Assembly (NCBI GenBank): GCA_964016885.1
Contig: OZ024741.1
Span: 155,186,001-155,250,000 of the forward strand
Source of the DNA: Eledone cirrhosa
Lineage: Eukaryota
DNA: 64,000 nt
Direction of reading: 5' to 3'
Positions within the stretch are counted from its first letter, which is position 1, and each line of letters opens with the position of its first letter. Positions 12,675 to 25,656 of this stretch are shown in pieces. Below the pieces are notes generated by a model. The model saw nothing but the letters and a program-made list of their open reading frames with translations. It did not search any database and was not told the DNA's origin. Made by a program: the position numbers and the translations under genes.

Positions 12675-15600
12675 GATAGTGGTGGTGTTGTTGGTGTTAG
12701 ATTAGTTGTTCACAGTGTAGTGATGGTGGTGTTGTTGGTAGTAGCTGTTGATTCTGGTGTAGTGGTGCTGTTGTTGTTGATGGTGTAGTGGTGTTGGTGT
12801 TGGTGTTGGTGTAGTGGTGCTGTTGTTGTTGATGGTGTAGTGGTGTTGGTGTTGGTGTAGTGGTGCTGTTGTTGTTGATGGTGTAGTGGTGTTGGTGTTG
12901 GTATAGTGGTGCTGTTGTTGTTGATGGTGTAGTGATAGTGGTAGTGGTGTTGTTGTTGATGGTGTAGTGGTGGTGTTAGATTAGTTGTTCACAGTGTAGT
13001 GATGGTGGTATTATTGGTAGTAGCTGTTGATTCTGGTGTAGTGGTGCTGTTGTTGTTGATGGTGTAGTGGTGTTGGTGTTGGTGTTGGTGTAGTGGTAGT
13101 GGTGTTGGTGTTGGTGGTGTAGTGGTAGTGTTGTTGGTGTAGTGGTGTTGGTGTTGGTGTAGTGGTAGTGGTGTTGGTGTTGGTGGTGTAGTGGTAGTGT
13201 TGTTGGTGTAGTGGTGTTGGTGTTGGTGTAGTGGTAGTGGTGTTGGTGTTGGTGGTGTACTGGTGTTGGTGTAGTGGTAGTGGTGTTGGTGTTGGTGGTG
13301 TACTGGTGTTGGTGTAGTGGTAGTGGTGTTGGTGTTGGTGGTGTAGTGATAGTGGTGTTGGTGTTGATGGTGTAGTGATAGGGGTGTTGGTGTTGATGGT
13401 GTAGTGGTGTTGGTGTTGGTGTAGTGGTAGTGGTGTTGGTGTTGATGGTGTAGTGATAGGGGTGTTGGTGTTGATGGTGTAGTGGTGTTGGTGTTGGTGT
13501 AGTGGTAGTGGTGTTGGTGTTGGTGTAGTGGTAGTGGTGTTGGTGTTGATGGTGTAGTGATAGGGGTGTTGGTGTTGATGGTGTAGTGGTGTTGGTGTTG
13601 GTGTAGTGGTAGTGGTGTTGGTGTTGGTGTAGTGGTAGTGGTGTTGGTGTTGATGGTGTAGTGATAGGGGTGTTGGTGTTGATGGTGTAGTGGTGTTGGT
13701 GTTGGTGTAGTGGTAGTGGTGTTGGTGTTGGTGTAGTGGTAGTGGTGTTGGTGTTGATGGTGTAGTGATAGGGGTGTTGGTGTTGATGGTGTAGTGGTGT
13801 TGGTGTTGGTGTAGTGGTAGTGGTGTTGGTGTTGGTGTAGTGGTAGTGGTGTTGGTGTTGATGGTGTAGTGATAGGGGTGTTGGTGTAGTGGTAGTGGTG
13901 TTGGTGTTGGTGTTGGTGTAGTGGTAGTGGTGTAGTGGTAGTGGTGTAGTGAATAGTGGTGTTGGTGTTGGTGTAGTGGTAGTGGTGTTGGTGTTGATGG
14001 TGTAGTGATAGGGGTGTTGGTGTAGTGGTAGTGGTGTTGGTGTTGGTGTTGGTGTAGTGGTAGTGGTGTAGTGGTAGTGGTGTAGTGATAGTGGTGTTGG
14101 TGTTGGTGTAGTGGTAGTGGTGTTGGTGTTGATGGTGTAGTGATAGGGGTGTTGGTGTTGATGGTGTAGTGGTGTTGGTGTTGGTGTAGTGGTAGTGGTG
14201 TTGGTGTTGTTGGTGTAGTGGTGTTGGTGTTGGTGTAGTGGTAGTGGTGTTGGTGTTGGTGGTGTAGTGGTGTTGGTGTTGGTGTTGGTGTAGTGGTAGT
14301 GGTGTAGTGGTAGTGGTGTAGTGATAGTGGTGTTGGTGTTGGTGTAGTGGTAGTGGTGTTGGTGTTGGTGGTGTAGTGGTGTTGGTGTAGTGGTAGTGGT
14401 GTTGGTGTTGATGGTGTAGTGGTAGTGGTGTTGGTGTAGTGGTAGTGGTGTTGGTGGTGTGTGGTGTTGGTGTAGTGGTAGTGGTGTTGGTGTTGGTGTA
14501 GTGGTAGTGGTGTTGGTGTTGGTGGTGTACTGGTGTTGGTGTAGTGGTAGTGGTGTTGGTGTTGGTGTAGTGGTAGTGGTGTGGTGTTGGTGGTGTGTAC
14601 TGGTGTTGGTGTGTGGTAGTGGTGTTGGGTGTGGTGTAGTTATAGTGGTGTTGGTGTTGATGGTGTAGTGGTAGTGGTGTTGGTGTAGTGGTAGTGGTGT
14701 TGGTGTTGGTGGTGTAGTGGTAGTGGTGTTGGTGTAGTGGTAGTGGTGTTGGTGTTGGTGGTGTAGTGGTAGTGGTGTTGGTGTTGGTGTAGTGGTAGTG
14801 GTGTTGGTGTTGGTGGTGTAGTGGTAGTGGTGTTGGTGTTGATGGTGTAGTGGTAGTGGTGTTGGTGTTGGTGTAGTGGTAGTGGTGTTGGTGTAGTGGT
14901 AGTGGTGTTGGTGTAGTGGTAGTGGTGTTGGTGGTGTAGTGGTAGTGGTGTTGGTGTAGTGGTAGTGGTGTTGGTGTTGATGGTGTAGTGGTAGTGGTGT
15001 TGGTGTAGTGGTAGTGGTGTTGGTGTTGTTGGTGTAGTGGTAGTGGTGTTGGTGTAGTGGTAGTGGTGTTGGTGGTGTAGTGGTAGTGGTGTTGGTGTAG
15101 TGGTAGTGGTGTTGGTGTTGATGGTGTAGTGGTAGTGGTGTGGTGTAGTGGTAGTGGTGTTGGTGTTGTGGTGTAGTGGTAGTGGTGTTGGTGTAGTGGT
15201 AGTGGTGTTGGTGTGGTGGTGTAGTGGTAGTGGTGTTGGTGTAGTGGTAGTGGTGTTGGTGTAGTGGTAGTGGTGTTGGGTTGGTGGTGTAGTGGTAGTG
15301 GTGTTGGTGTTGGTGTAGTGGTAGTGGGTGTTGGTGTTGGTGGTGTAGTGGTAGTGGTGTTGGTGTTGGTGTAGTGGTAGTGGTGTTGGTGTTGATGGTG
15401 TAGTGGTAGTGGTGTTGGTGTTGATGGTGTAGTGGTAGTGGTGTTGGTGTTGATGGTGTAGTGGTAGTGGTGTTGGTGTTGGGTGTGTGGTAGTGGTGTT
15501 GGTGTAGTGGTAGTGGTGTTGGTGGTAGTGGGTTAGTGGTGTTGGTGGGTGTAGTGGTAGTGGTGTTGGTGTAGTGGTAGTGGTGTTGGTGGTGTAGTGG

Positions 15601-18600
15601 TAGTGGTGTTGGTGTGATGGTGTAGTGGTAGTGGTGTTGGTGTAGTGGTAGTGGTGTTGGTGTTGGTGGTGTAGTGGTAGTGGTGTTGGTGTAGTGGTAG
15701 TGGTGTTGGTGGTGTAGTGGTAGTGGTGTTGATGGTGTAGTGGTAGTGGTGTTGGTGTGATGGTGTAGTGGTAGTGGTGTTGGTGTAGTGGTAGTGGTGT
15801 TGGTGGTGTAGTGGTAGTGGTGTGATGGTGTAGTGGTAGTGGTGTTGGTGTGTGGTGTAGTGGTAGTGGTGTTGGTGTAGTGGTAGTGGTGTTGGTGGTG
15901 TAGTGGTAGTGGTGTTGGTGTGTGGTAGTGGGGTTGGTGGTGTGTGGTAGTGGTGTTGGTGTTGTGGTGTAGTGGTAGTGGTGTTGGTGTTGTGGTGTAG
16001 TGGTAGTGGGTGTGGTGTGATGGTGTAGTGGTAGTGGTGTTGGTGTAGTGGTAGTGGTGTGTGGTGGTGTAGTGGTAGTGGTGTGGTGTAGTGGTAGTGG
16101 TGTTGGTGGTGTGGTGGTAGTGGTGTGGTGTTGTGGTGTGTGGGTAGTGGTGTGGTGTGGTGTAGTGGTAGTGGTGTTGGGGTGGTGGTGTAGTGGTAGT
16201 GGTGTTGGTGTTGGTGTAGTGGTAGTGGTGTGGTGTTGATGGTGTAGTGGTAGTGGTGTTGGTGTTGTGGTGTGGTAGTGGTGGTTGGGGTGGGTGTGGT
16301 GTAGTGGTAGTGGTGTTGGTGTTGGTGTAGTGGTAGTGGTGTTGGTGTTGGTGGTGTAGTGGTAGTGGGTGTTGGTGTTGTGGTGTAGTGGTAGTGGTGT
16401 GGTGTGTGTGTGGGGTGGTGTGGGTAGTGGTGTTGGTGTGTGGTAGTGGTGTTGGTGTAGTGGTAGTGGTGTTGGTGTGGTGGTGTGTGGTGTTGGTGTA
16501 GTGGTAGTGGTGTTGGTGTAGTGGTAGTGGTGTTGGTGTGGTGGTGTAGTGGTGTTGGTGTGTGGTGTGGTGTTGGGTGTGGTGGTGTAGTGGTAGTGGT
16601 GTTGGTGTAGTGGTAGTGGTGTTGGTGTAGTGGTAGTGGTGTTGGTGTGTGGTGTGTAGTGGTGTTGGTGTAGTGGTAGTGGTGTTGGTGTAGTGGTAGT
16701 GGTGTTGGTGTGGTGGTGTGGTAGTGGTGTTGGTGTAGTGGTGGTGGTGTTGGTGTGGTGGTGTAGTGGTAGTGGTGTTGGTGTTGGTGGTGTAGTGGTA
16801 GTGGTGTTGGTGTAGTGGTAGTGGTGTTGGTGTAGTGGTAGTGGTGTTGGTGGTGTAGTGGTAGTGGTGTTGGTGTAGTGGTAGTGGTGTGGTGGTGTAG
16901 TGGTAGTGGTGTGGTGTAGTGGTAGTGGTGTTGGTGGTGTGTGGTAGTGGTAGTGGTGTTGGTGGTGTAGTGGTAGTGGTGTTGGTGTAGTGGTAGTGGT
17001 GTGTGGTGTAGTGGTAGTGGTGTGGTGTTGGTGTAGTGGTAGTGGTGTGGGTGGTGTAGTGGTAGTGGTGTTGGTGTGTGGTGGTGTAGTGGTAGTGGTG
17101 TGTGGTGTTGGTGTAGTGGTAGTGGTGTGGTGTGTGGGTAGTGGTAGTGGTGTGTGGTGTAGTGGTAGTGGTGTGGTGTAGTGGTAGTGGTGTTGGTGTG
17201 GTGTAGTGGTGTGGTGTGGTGTAGTGGTGTTGGTGTGGTGTGGTGTAGTGGTAGTGGTTGGGGTGTAGTGGTAGTGGTAGTGGTAGTGGTTGTGGTGTAG
17301 TGGTAGTGGTTGTGGGTGTGGTGTAGTGGTAGTGGTTGTGGTGTAGTGGTAGTGGTTGTGGTGTAGTGGTTGTGGTTGTGGTGTAGTGGTAGTGGTTGGG
17401 TGTAGTGGTAGTGGTGTGGTGTAGTGGTTGTGGTGTAGTGGTAGTGGTTGTGGTGTGTGGTGTGGTGGGTAGTGGTTGTGGTGTAGTGGTAGTGGTTGTG
17501 GTTGTGGTGTAGTGGTAGTGGTTGGGTGTAGTGGTAGTGGTTGTGGTGTAGTGGTAGTGGTTGTGGTGTAGTGGTAGTGGTTATGGTGTAGTGGTAGTGT
17601 TGGGGTGTAGTGGTAGTGGTTGTGGTGTAGTGGTAGTGGTTGTGGTGTAGTGGTAGTGGTTGTGGTGTAGTGGTAGTGGTTGTGGTGTAGTGGTAGTGGT
17701 TGTGGTGTAGTGGTTGTGGTGTAGTGGTAGTGGTTGTGGTGTAGTGGTAGCGGTTGTGGTGTAGTGGTAGTGGTTGTGGTGTAGTGTAGTGGTTGTGGTG
17801 TAGTGGTAGTGGTTGTGGTGTAGTGGTAGTGGTTGTGGTGTAGTGGTAGTGGTTGTGGTGTAGTGGTAGTGGTTGTGGTGTAGTGGTTGTGGTGTAGTGG
17901 TAGTGGTTGGGGTGTAGTGGTAGTGGTTGTGGTGTAGTGGTAGTGGTTGTGGTGTAGTTGTAGTGGTTGTGGTGTAGTGGTAGTGGTTGTGGTGTAGTGG
18001 TAGTGGTTGTGGTTGGGTGTAGTGGTAGGGTACTGTGTAGTGGTTGTGGTGTAGTGGTAGTGGTTGTGGTGTAGTTGTAGTGGTTGTGGTGTAGTGGTTG
18101 TGGTTGTGGTGTAGTGGTAGTGGTTGTGGTGTAGTGGTAGTGGTTGTGGTGTAGTGGTAGTGGTTGTGGTGTAGTGGCTAGTGGTTGGGTGTAGTGGTTG
18201 TGGTTGTGGTGTAGTGGTGTGTGGTAGTGGTTGTGGTGTAGTGGTAGTGGTTGTGTGTAGTTGTAGTGGTTGTGGTGTAGTTGTAGTGGTTGTGGTGTAG
18301 TGGTAGTGGTTGTGGTGTAGTGTAGTGGTTGTGGTGTATGGTAGTGGTTGTGGTGTAGTGGTAGTGGTTGTGGTGTAGTGGTAGTGTTTGGGGTGTAGTG
18401 GTAGGGGTTGGGGTGTAGTGGTAGTGGTTGTGGTGTAGTGGTTATGGTTGTGGTGTAGTAGTAGTGGTTGTGGTGTAGTGGTAGTGGTTGTGGTGTAGAG
18501 GTAGTGGTTGGGATGTAGTGGTTGTGGTGTAGTGGTAGTGGTTGGGTGTAGTGGTTGTGGTTGGGGTGTAGTGGTAGTGGTTGTGGTGTAGTGGTAGTGG

Positions 18601-19300
18601 TTGTGGTGTAGTGGTAGTGGTTGTGGTGTAGTGGTAGTGGTTGTGGTGTAGTGGTAGTGGTTGTGGTGTAGTGGTAGTGACTGTGGTGTAGTGGTAGTGG
18701 TTGGGGTGTAGTGGTAGTGGTTGTGGTGTAGTAGTAGTGGTTGTGGTGTAGTGGTAGTGGTTGGGGTGTAGTGGTTGTGGTGTAGTGGTTGTGGTGTAGT
18801 GGTAGTGGTTGTGGTATAGTGGTAGTTGTTGTGGTGTAGTGGTAGTGGTTGTGGTAGTGGTAGTGGTTGTGGTGTAGTGGTAGTGGTTGTGGTGTAGTGG
18901 TAGTGGTTGTGGTGTAGTGGTAGTGGTTGTGGTGTAGTGGTAGTGGCTGTGGTGTAGTGGTAGTGGTTGGGGTGTAGTGGTAGTGGTTGTGGTGTAGTAG
19001 TAGTGGTTGTGGTGTAGTGGTAGTGGTTTGGGGTGTAGTGGGTAGTGGTTGTGGTGTAGTGGTAGTGGTTGGTGGTGGTAGTGGTTGTGGTGTGTAGTGT
19101 AGTGGTTGTGGTGTAGTGGTAGTGGTTGGGTGTAGTGGTAGTGGTTGTGGTGTAGTGGTAGTGGTTGTGGTGTAGTGGTAGTGGTTGTGGTGTAGTAGTA
19201 GTGGTTGGGGTGTAGTGGTAGTGGTAGTGGTGTGGTGTATTGGTAGTGGTTGGGGTGTAGTGGTAGTGTTAGTGGTTGTGGTGTTGGTGGTGGCGGTGGT
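12675..19300. repeat. 6.6-kb G/T-rich compound satellite (ggtgtagtggtagtggtgtt and ggtgtagtggtagtggttgt units)
   Basis: Direct inspection; dominant unit switches at about 17250. Confidence 0.95.
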
Positions 19301-19468
19301 TTGAAATGTAGGATTTATAAATAAACTGTTTACACACATACACTAACACACATACAGACTCCCTCACATACACACTACACACACACACACACACACAAAT
19401 AAACAGTCACAGATAGATACACACATACTCACAGACACACTGATAGCTATTCTAATACATAGACACAT

Positions 19469-19668
19469 NNNNNNNNNNNNNNNNNNNNNNNNNNNNNNNN
19501 NNNNNNNNNNNNNNNNNNNNNNNNNNNNNNNNNNNNNNNNNNNNNNNNNNNNNNNNNNNNNNNNNNNNNNNNNNNNNNNNNNNNNNNNNNNNNNNNNNNN
19601 NNNNNNNNNNNNNNNNNNNNNNNNNNNNNNNNNNNNNNNNNNNNNNNNNNNNNNNNNNNNNNNNNNNN
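19469..19668. other. Assembly gap (200 N)
   Basis: Run of N. Confidence 1.
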
Positions 19669-19669
19669 T

Positions 19670-19920
19670 TTTTTTCCTCAACAGACTAAAAGCACTTGAC
19701 TCCCACCACACTTAGACGGAATAGATACCCATTTAGTTTAGATGTAGTTTGCCTCTACATCTCTGTCCCGCCTCCTCGCCATCGATTTAATTACGGACAA
19801 CATCATCGCCTCTACCGACGTCAGTTGCTTTGGGCTCACTGCTGCTGACATCCACGAGCTGCTCTCTATCGTCACGTGCAACACCTTTTTCCACTTTGAA
19901 GGCTCTGTCTTTACTGAGGT
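19670..19920 (+). mobile_element. Penelope-like RT fragment
   Basis: FLNRLKAL...PFSLDVVCLYISVP...AIDLI...LLSIVTCNTFFHFEG resembles the PLE RT S.DV.SLYT.VP and N.F.F.G motifs. Confidence 0.7.
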
Positions 19921-19924
19921 TTCG

Positions 19925-20095
19925 GAACCCTTTCGAAATGTTACGATCTGATGGAATGCTCATGTCAATTAAGAAGCATGTTTTTTTCTTAATGGTCCTT
20001 CACGATTATATAAGGTCTGTTGGCCTTGATTGTTCTGTCAGTGTTCACAGGGAAATTCCATAAGATTATCATTCTCGCCTCATGTTACGGCATCT
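19925..20095 (-). mobile_element. R4/Dong-type LINE endonuclease fragment
   Basis: Minus-strand ILWNFPVNTDRTIKANRPYIIVKDH. Confidence 0.65.
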
Positions 20096-20119
20096 GGGTG
20101 ATAGATGTGCCATTACCCC

Positions 20120-20268
20120 TCTGAGTTCAAATCCCGCCGAAGTTAACTTTGCCTTGCATCCTTACGGGATCGATAAAATAAAGTATCAGTAATGTACTCG
20201 GATCGATTTAATCCACTTTCCCATCCCCTTCAATTTGCTGGCTTTGTGCCTAATTCAGAAACCATTAT
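20120..20268 (+). mobile_element. tRNA-derived SINE (family 1), 5'-truncated
   Basis: ctgagttcaaatcccgccgaagttaactttgcc...gaaaccattat. Confidence 0.8.
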
Positions 20269-20679
20269 CATTACTATTACTAGCAGCAAAAAACCACCCG
20301 AAGGGTGGTTTTCTGCTAGCATGCGTATTGTGCATATTGATATTATACGCAAATATATATATACATATAGATATGATATGTCAAATAAAATCGTAATTGA
20401 CAATATCCACAGAAATTGAAGAGAGTCTCTTCTGCAATCAGTAAAGTAATCCATGATACATTTAAAAAAGACGATATTATATATAAACTGCATTAGGAGA
20501 AAATTAGCGACGGAAATATATGCGATGTTTTTATAAGTGTTATAATATAACGGGCGCTAACCGGAAGTATTGACATATGAACATTTTAAAGAAGTCAATC
20601 TTAAATAAGCAATAAAATTATTTATATTTAATCAAGAGTTACGAAATTTAGTACATAAATTATGTAATATTCATTCATT

Positions 20680-20867
20680 GTGGATTGGCAGTATCGGTAG
20701 AGGGTCGGACGCCATGCTTTCCAGCATAGTTACGTCCCTTTACGATCTGAGTTCAAATCCCGCCGAGGTTGACTTTGCCTTTCATCCTTACGGGGTCGAT
20801 AAAATAAAGTACCAGTAATGCACTGGGTAATTTGCTGGCCTTGTGCCTAACGTAAGAAACAATTATT
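20680..20867 (+). mobile_element. tRNA-derived SINE (family 1), full length
   Basis: gtggattggcagtatcggtagag...ctgagttcaaatcccgcc...gaaacaattatt. Confidence 0.9.
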
Positions 20868-21009
20868 TATTCAAAGTAATCCAACTTATTTTACAAACAG
20901 GATAAAAAAATATATTCTGGACGCAGTCCCGCACTCCTTTCTTTATTATAGTTAATATTGTTGTGTTATTTCGTTTAGATCAGTTCTGTTTTTTCTCTAT
21001 TGTCGGGTT

Positions 21010-21935
21010 CAGGCCTTAATCCTAGGGCAATAGATGTTTTCATTGTAGAGAGAGAACTCGTCTGAGAATGTGTGCTGTTCCTAGTAGCCCGATCTTTTGT
21101 AGCTCATATTTGCTGATCTTGCAGGGAAGGACGCTAAGATGCAGGTCTGATGATTTGGTTATTAATCCTAATGTTTACATTACCACAGGGATAGTGTTTG
21201 TGGTCATCCTCCACATGCGGTTAATCTCTATTTCCAGATCTTTGTATTTTGACAGTTTTTCAATGTTTTTATAGATTTATTCTTGTCAGCTGGTAATATG
21301 GTTTATATCATATCTGAAAATATCTATACGGCTACATGTCTGATCTATTTTGTTTTTATGATGATATCTGGCCTGTTGGCAGCGATTTTGAGGTCGGTTA
21401 TCACAGGCATATCCCAGAAGATGGATATGTTGCCCTTTTCCATGACTGTTTTTGGTTTTATGTTCATACCATTTGTTAGAAGTTTGGATGTCATGAGAGC
21501 GTCAGAGCACCCAGTGCACATATTCGGCAATGCGGTTGTGTTTTTCTATATAGTCAGAGATAACATGATATTTGTAGCATATTCTGCAGAGAGGGTTAGT
21601 CCCATCTTTTACTATTCTGTTTATAGGCCAAATTGTTTAGAGATTGGTCTTGTACAGCAACTAGAAGTCCTCAGTCTCTGCTTTCAAACCAGCACTTCTG
21701 AGCCTTGCTGATCGATATCATTGTCAGAAAGTCGTTCTGGGAATCTACCATGTAGTTATTTTGCCTTCCATTTCACATTTCTTCTGTTTGGGGTTTCTTT
21801 GTTTTGATCTTCACAGTCATAGTTAGCTGTGCAGCACTCTGTTGTTGATTTTCTATGGTATGACTTGTTCCATGTTCGATTTCTGTCTAAATTTGCTTGC
21901 TTCTTTTGTTATTGAATGTAGTTTCTTAATTCTTT
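21010..21935 (-). mobile_element. R4/Dong-type LINE 3' fragment
   Basis: ISIFWDMPVITDLKIAANRPDII; KLSKYKDLEIEINRMW; LQKIGLLGTAHILRRVLS. Confidence 0.85.
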
Positions 21936-21954
21936 TTCTTCTTATTATTATTAG

Positions 21955-22110
21955 ATCGAGTCCAACTTTGATATTGAAAACGCTCGCATTTGTCTAAAAT
22001 GGCTGCAGGAGATCGCTGGCGAGACCCCTAACATTGACTTGCCGGATGATAGACGGAAAGCTATGGACGCTACCTATTCTGCCCTTAAAGATGGCATGTA
22101 ATCTTATCAA
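21955..22110 (+). CDS. Host gene, first visible coding exon: N-half of calponin-homology domain (transgelin/myophilin/MP20-like); apparent +1 insertion near its end
   Basis: After ..ttattag: IESNFDIENARICLKWLQEIAGETPNIDLPDDRRKAMDATYSALKDGM, then TAA; donor gtacgt at 22111. Removing one A gives LKDGMYLIK in phase with the next exon. Confidence 0.85.
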
Positions 22111-22183
22111 GTACGTTTATTTCTATCTTGATTCCCCCAACCTAACTTACTTTGCTCTGAACAGCAGCAAGTCTTCCTCCTCT

Positions 22184-22249
<66 letters not shown>

Positions 22250-22299
22250 CTCCTCTCTCTCTCTCTATATATATAATATATATATCTATATATATATAT

Positions 22300-22790
22300 A
22301 ACTAATTATACTTAACTCGTATATACTTATGTAAAAGTTTGGTAGAAATATCCGAGGATAAGAGCACTCAGTCCACAGGATATGGTAAGTATAATTAGTT
22401 ACAACACTGACATATACAGCAGAAGCAAGACATGTCCAGCAGAAGCAAAAGGGACAACCGTCTATGCATTTCATATTGTATAAAGCTATGCTTGAAGCGA
22501 AATCCTATTTCTTCTTTTTTATTATAAGTTGAGCCAACTTATACAGCTTCATATGCAAATGAGATTAATGACCTCATCTACACAGACGAGAAAAGTATAT
22601 CTTTTCAGCTGTCGAGCAGTCGCAAGCGGTGGGGGGGGGGGGGACCGCCCTGACGAAGGCCAGTTAAGCCTGAAATGCATAGACAGTTGTCGCCCTTGTT
22701 TCTGCTGGACATCACCAGAGGGCGTTAGCCCCCTCGGTGTTTGCATAGCTACGGCTTCCTAAAACTGTATTTCTTTGGAGATACGAAATA
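22300..22790 (+). mobile_element. Truncated PLE-type end: hammerhead at 22643-22687 (+) with inverted tail copy 22431-22473
   Basis: CTGACGA aggc-cagttaa-gcct GAAA tgca TA; 22431-22473 is the approximate reverse complement of 22671-22712; GAGTGC on - strand at 22364-22369; (TA)n both sides. Confidence 0.75.
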
Positions 22791-22793
22791 TTT

Positions 22794-22873
<80 letters not shown>

Positions 22874-22875
22874 TG

Positions 22876-22934
<59 letters not shown>

Positions 22935-22970
22935 ACATATATATATATATACATACATATATATATATAT

Positions 22971-23001
<31 letters not shown>

Positions 23002-23009
23002 CATGAAGA

Positions 23010-23101
23010 TGATGGCTGCCCCCTCGTTATCGATTATGGCCATTGCACGAGAAGAAAAAAAAAAAAAAATAATAATAATAATAAATAAATAAAAAATAAA
23101 A

Positions 23102-23178
<77 letters not shown>

Positions 23179-25585
23179 CATACATACATATATACATACA
23201 CACATACATACACATACACTCACACATATACACACACATACATTAATAACAATAATAATAATAATAATAATAGCAATAATAATAATAACGACAACAACAA
23301 TAATAATATACATATTCATATATATATACACACACACGCACGCACATAAGCATATCTACACACATACACACACACGATAGCAACTAACAGTGCTGCGATC
23401 GAATGTGGCTTTTTAGTCCAGCCAATGATCTAAAATGTCTTGCACAGAGTCGGCATCCAAATCATTCACTGGGAATAGTCGGCTGTGGTTGGAGTTCGTG
23501 TACTTTTGCATGTCGCTTGAGCCCTCCTGCTGATTTACATTCTCTACCACATGTTTGGCAAGCATGATGAGTAGCATTTTCAACAGCAGCCTGGTAGTCA
23601 ACCACTGGTCTTACTTTATGACTGCGAAGATGACTTTCGAGTCCAGCTTTGCTTAGGCAGAGTCTCGCACAGACGCTGCATGTCAGCACCATAGGAGGAC
23701 CCTCACCGTCTGGAAGTGCAACAGCAATGCCCTTCCTCACGTCCCGCTTTACTTTCTCGTGTGCGATTCGAGATGCCTCAAAGGCAACTTTTCCCTCATA
23801 TACAGTCTTTCTCCATTTATTACGATCAGCAGCAATATTTTCCCATGTATCAGCAGAGATGTTAGCGTCTTTCAGAGAGGCTTTCAAGGAATCCTTATAC
23901 CTCTTTTTTGGTTTATGTGGCGGTCGTTTTCCTTTAACCAACTCTCCATAGAAGAGTTGTTTTGGTATTCTAGAATCCTTCATCCTGGCAAGGTGACCAC
24001 TCCAACGGAGCGTTGCTTAAGCACAAGAGCTTCTATACTGTCACACATAGAGCTTTCCAAAATCTCGACATCACTGATGTGGTCCCTCCAGTGAACGCCA
24101 TGGATCCGTCTGAGACACATCTGATGGAAACGCCCCAATTGCTTAAGGTGGCGTCGATATGTGACCCAGGTCTCGCAGGCATAAAGAAAAGAGAGTACAC
24201 ATGCCCTGTACACCTTTACCTTTGTCCTCCTGCATATGTCTCGCCGACCCCAGAGTCGCCTTTCTAGCTTTCCGAAAGCATCACTTACTTTCCTAATCCT
24301 AAGTGAGATTTCACTGTCAAGGTTGCTGTATCGATTGACAGTGCTTCCCAGGTAGACAAACTGATCAACCACTCCAAGTCGTTTGCCATACACATAGATG
24401 TTTGGTTCAGTGTACTGCTTACTAGAGGCAGGTTGGTACATGACGACGGTTTTCTTGAGACTGACAGTCAAACCCAGGGCAGTGCAAGCGTCAGAAAATG
24501 CATTCAAAATGTGCTGCATATCACTCTCTGTGTGCGCTACAAGATCGCAATCATCTGCATACAAGAGGTCTCTTATGACTGATGTAAATACTTTTGTCTT
24601 CGCAGCAAAGCGCCTGATGTTAAATATGCTGCCTGAGGTTCGATATCGGATGTAAACACCATGCTCACAATTCCTGAATGCAATACAGAAAACCATTGCA
24701 AAGTATATGGCAAACAGGGTCGGTGCTGGAATATCCCCCTGTTTCACTCCATTTTTTACTGAGATAGGCTCCAACATGTTACCTCCGACATTAACCCAAG
24801 CCTACATGTCGTCATGGAAAGACCTAACTAAAGCAAGGAACTTATCAGGGCAACCAAGTTTCTGGAGAACCTTCCATAATGCATCTCTGTTGACAGTATC
24901 GAAAGCCTTTGTCAGATCGACAAAAACCTGATACAGATCCAAGCCTTGTTCAATGCACTTCTCCTGGAGCTGTCTAGCTGAGAAGATCATATCAGTAGTG
25001 CCGCGTCCAGCACGAAAACCAGATTGACTTTCAGGAAGGACACAATCTGCAATGTGTGTCAGCAGACGGTCCAGAAGCACCCGACATAAAACTTTCCCTA
25101 CGACAGAAAGCAATGATATACCTCTGTAGTTCCCACAATCATTCCTGTTACCCTTTCCCTTGTACAAGACCACCATTACTGCATCTCTCCAGTCCTCAGG
25201 CACGGATTCATTAGCCCATATCCTTCCAAACAAAGAGTGAAGATGTTGCAGGTGTCTCTCACCACCATATTGTAGGAGCTCAGCATGTATGCCATCCATA
25301 CCTGGAGATCTTCCACTGTTCAGCTTCGAAATAGCCACTACAACCTCCACAAGCGTCGGAGGCTCTGCGAGAGCTACTTTCACAGGACTTTCCGGAATGA
25401 GATTGAGGAAATCTTCACTGACGACAGACGGCTGATTCAAAAGATCACCAAAGTGCTCTCGCCACCTTCGTAGAATTCCCTGTGAGTCACGAAGAAGTTC
25501 TTTGCCATCCTTGCTGCGAATCGGTGTCACCATATATATATACATACATATATATGTATACATACATATAAATATACATATATAT

Positions 25586-25656
<71 letters not shown>

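Noticed and set aside
15533-19339. 1268-aa Thr/His/Pro-rich ORF (mucin-like)
   Set aside because: Translation of the C/A-rich strand of a satellite that rarely contains stops; the repeat phase drifts between frames and there is no domain.
22099-22101. A-to-I recoding or readthrough of the TAA in the host exon
   Set aside because: Recoding the stop would not fix the frame relative to the next exon; an indel or alternative donor is needed.
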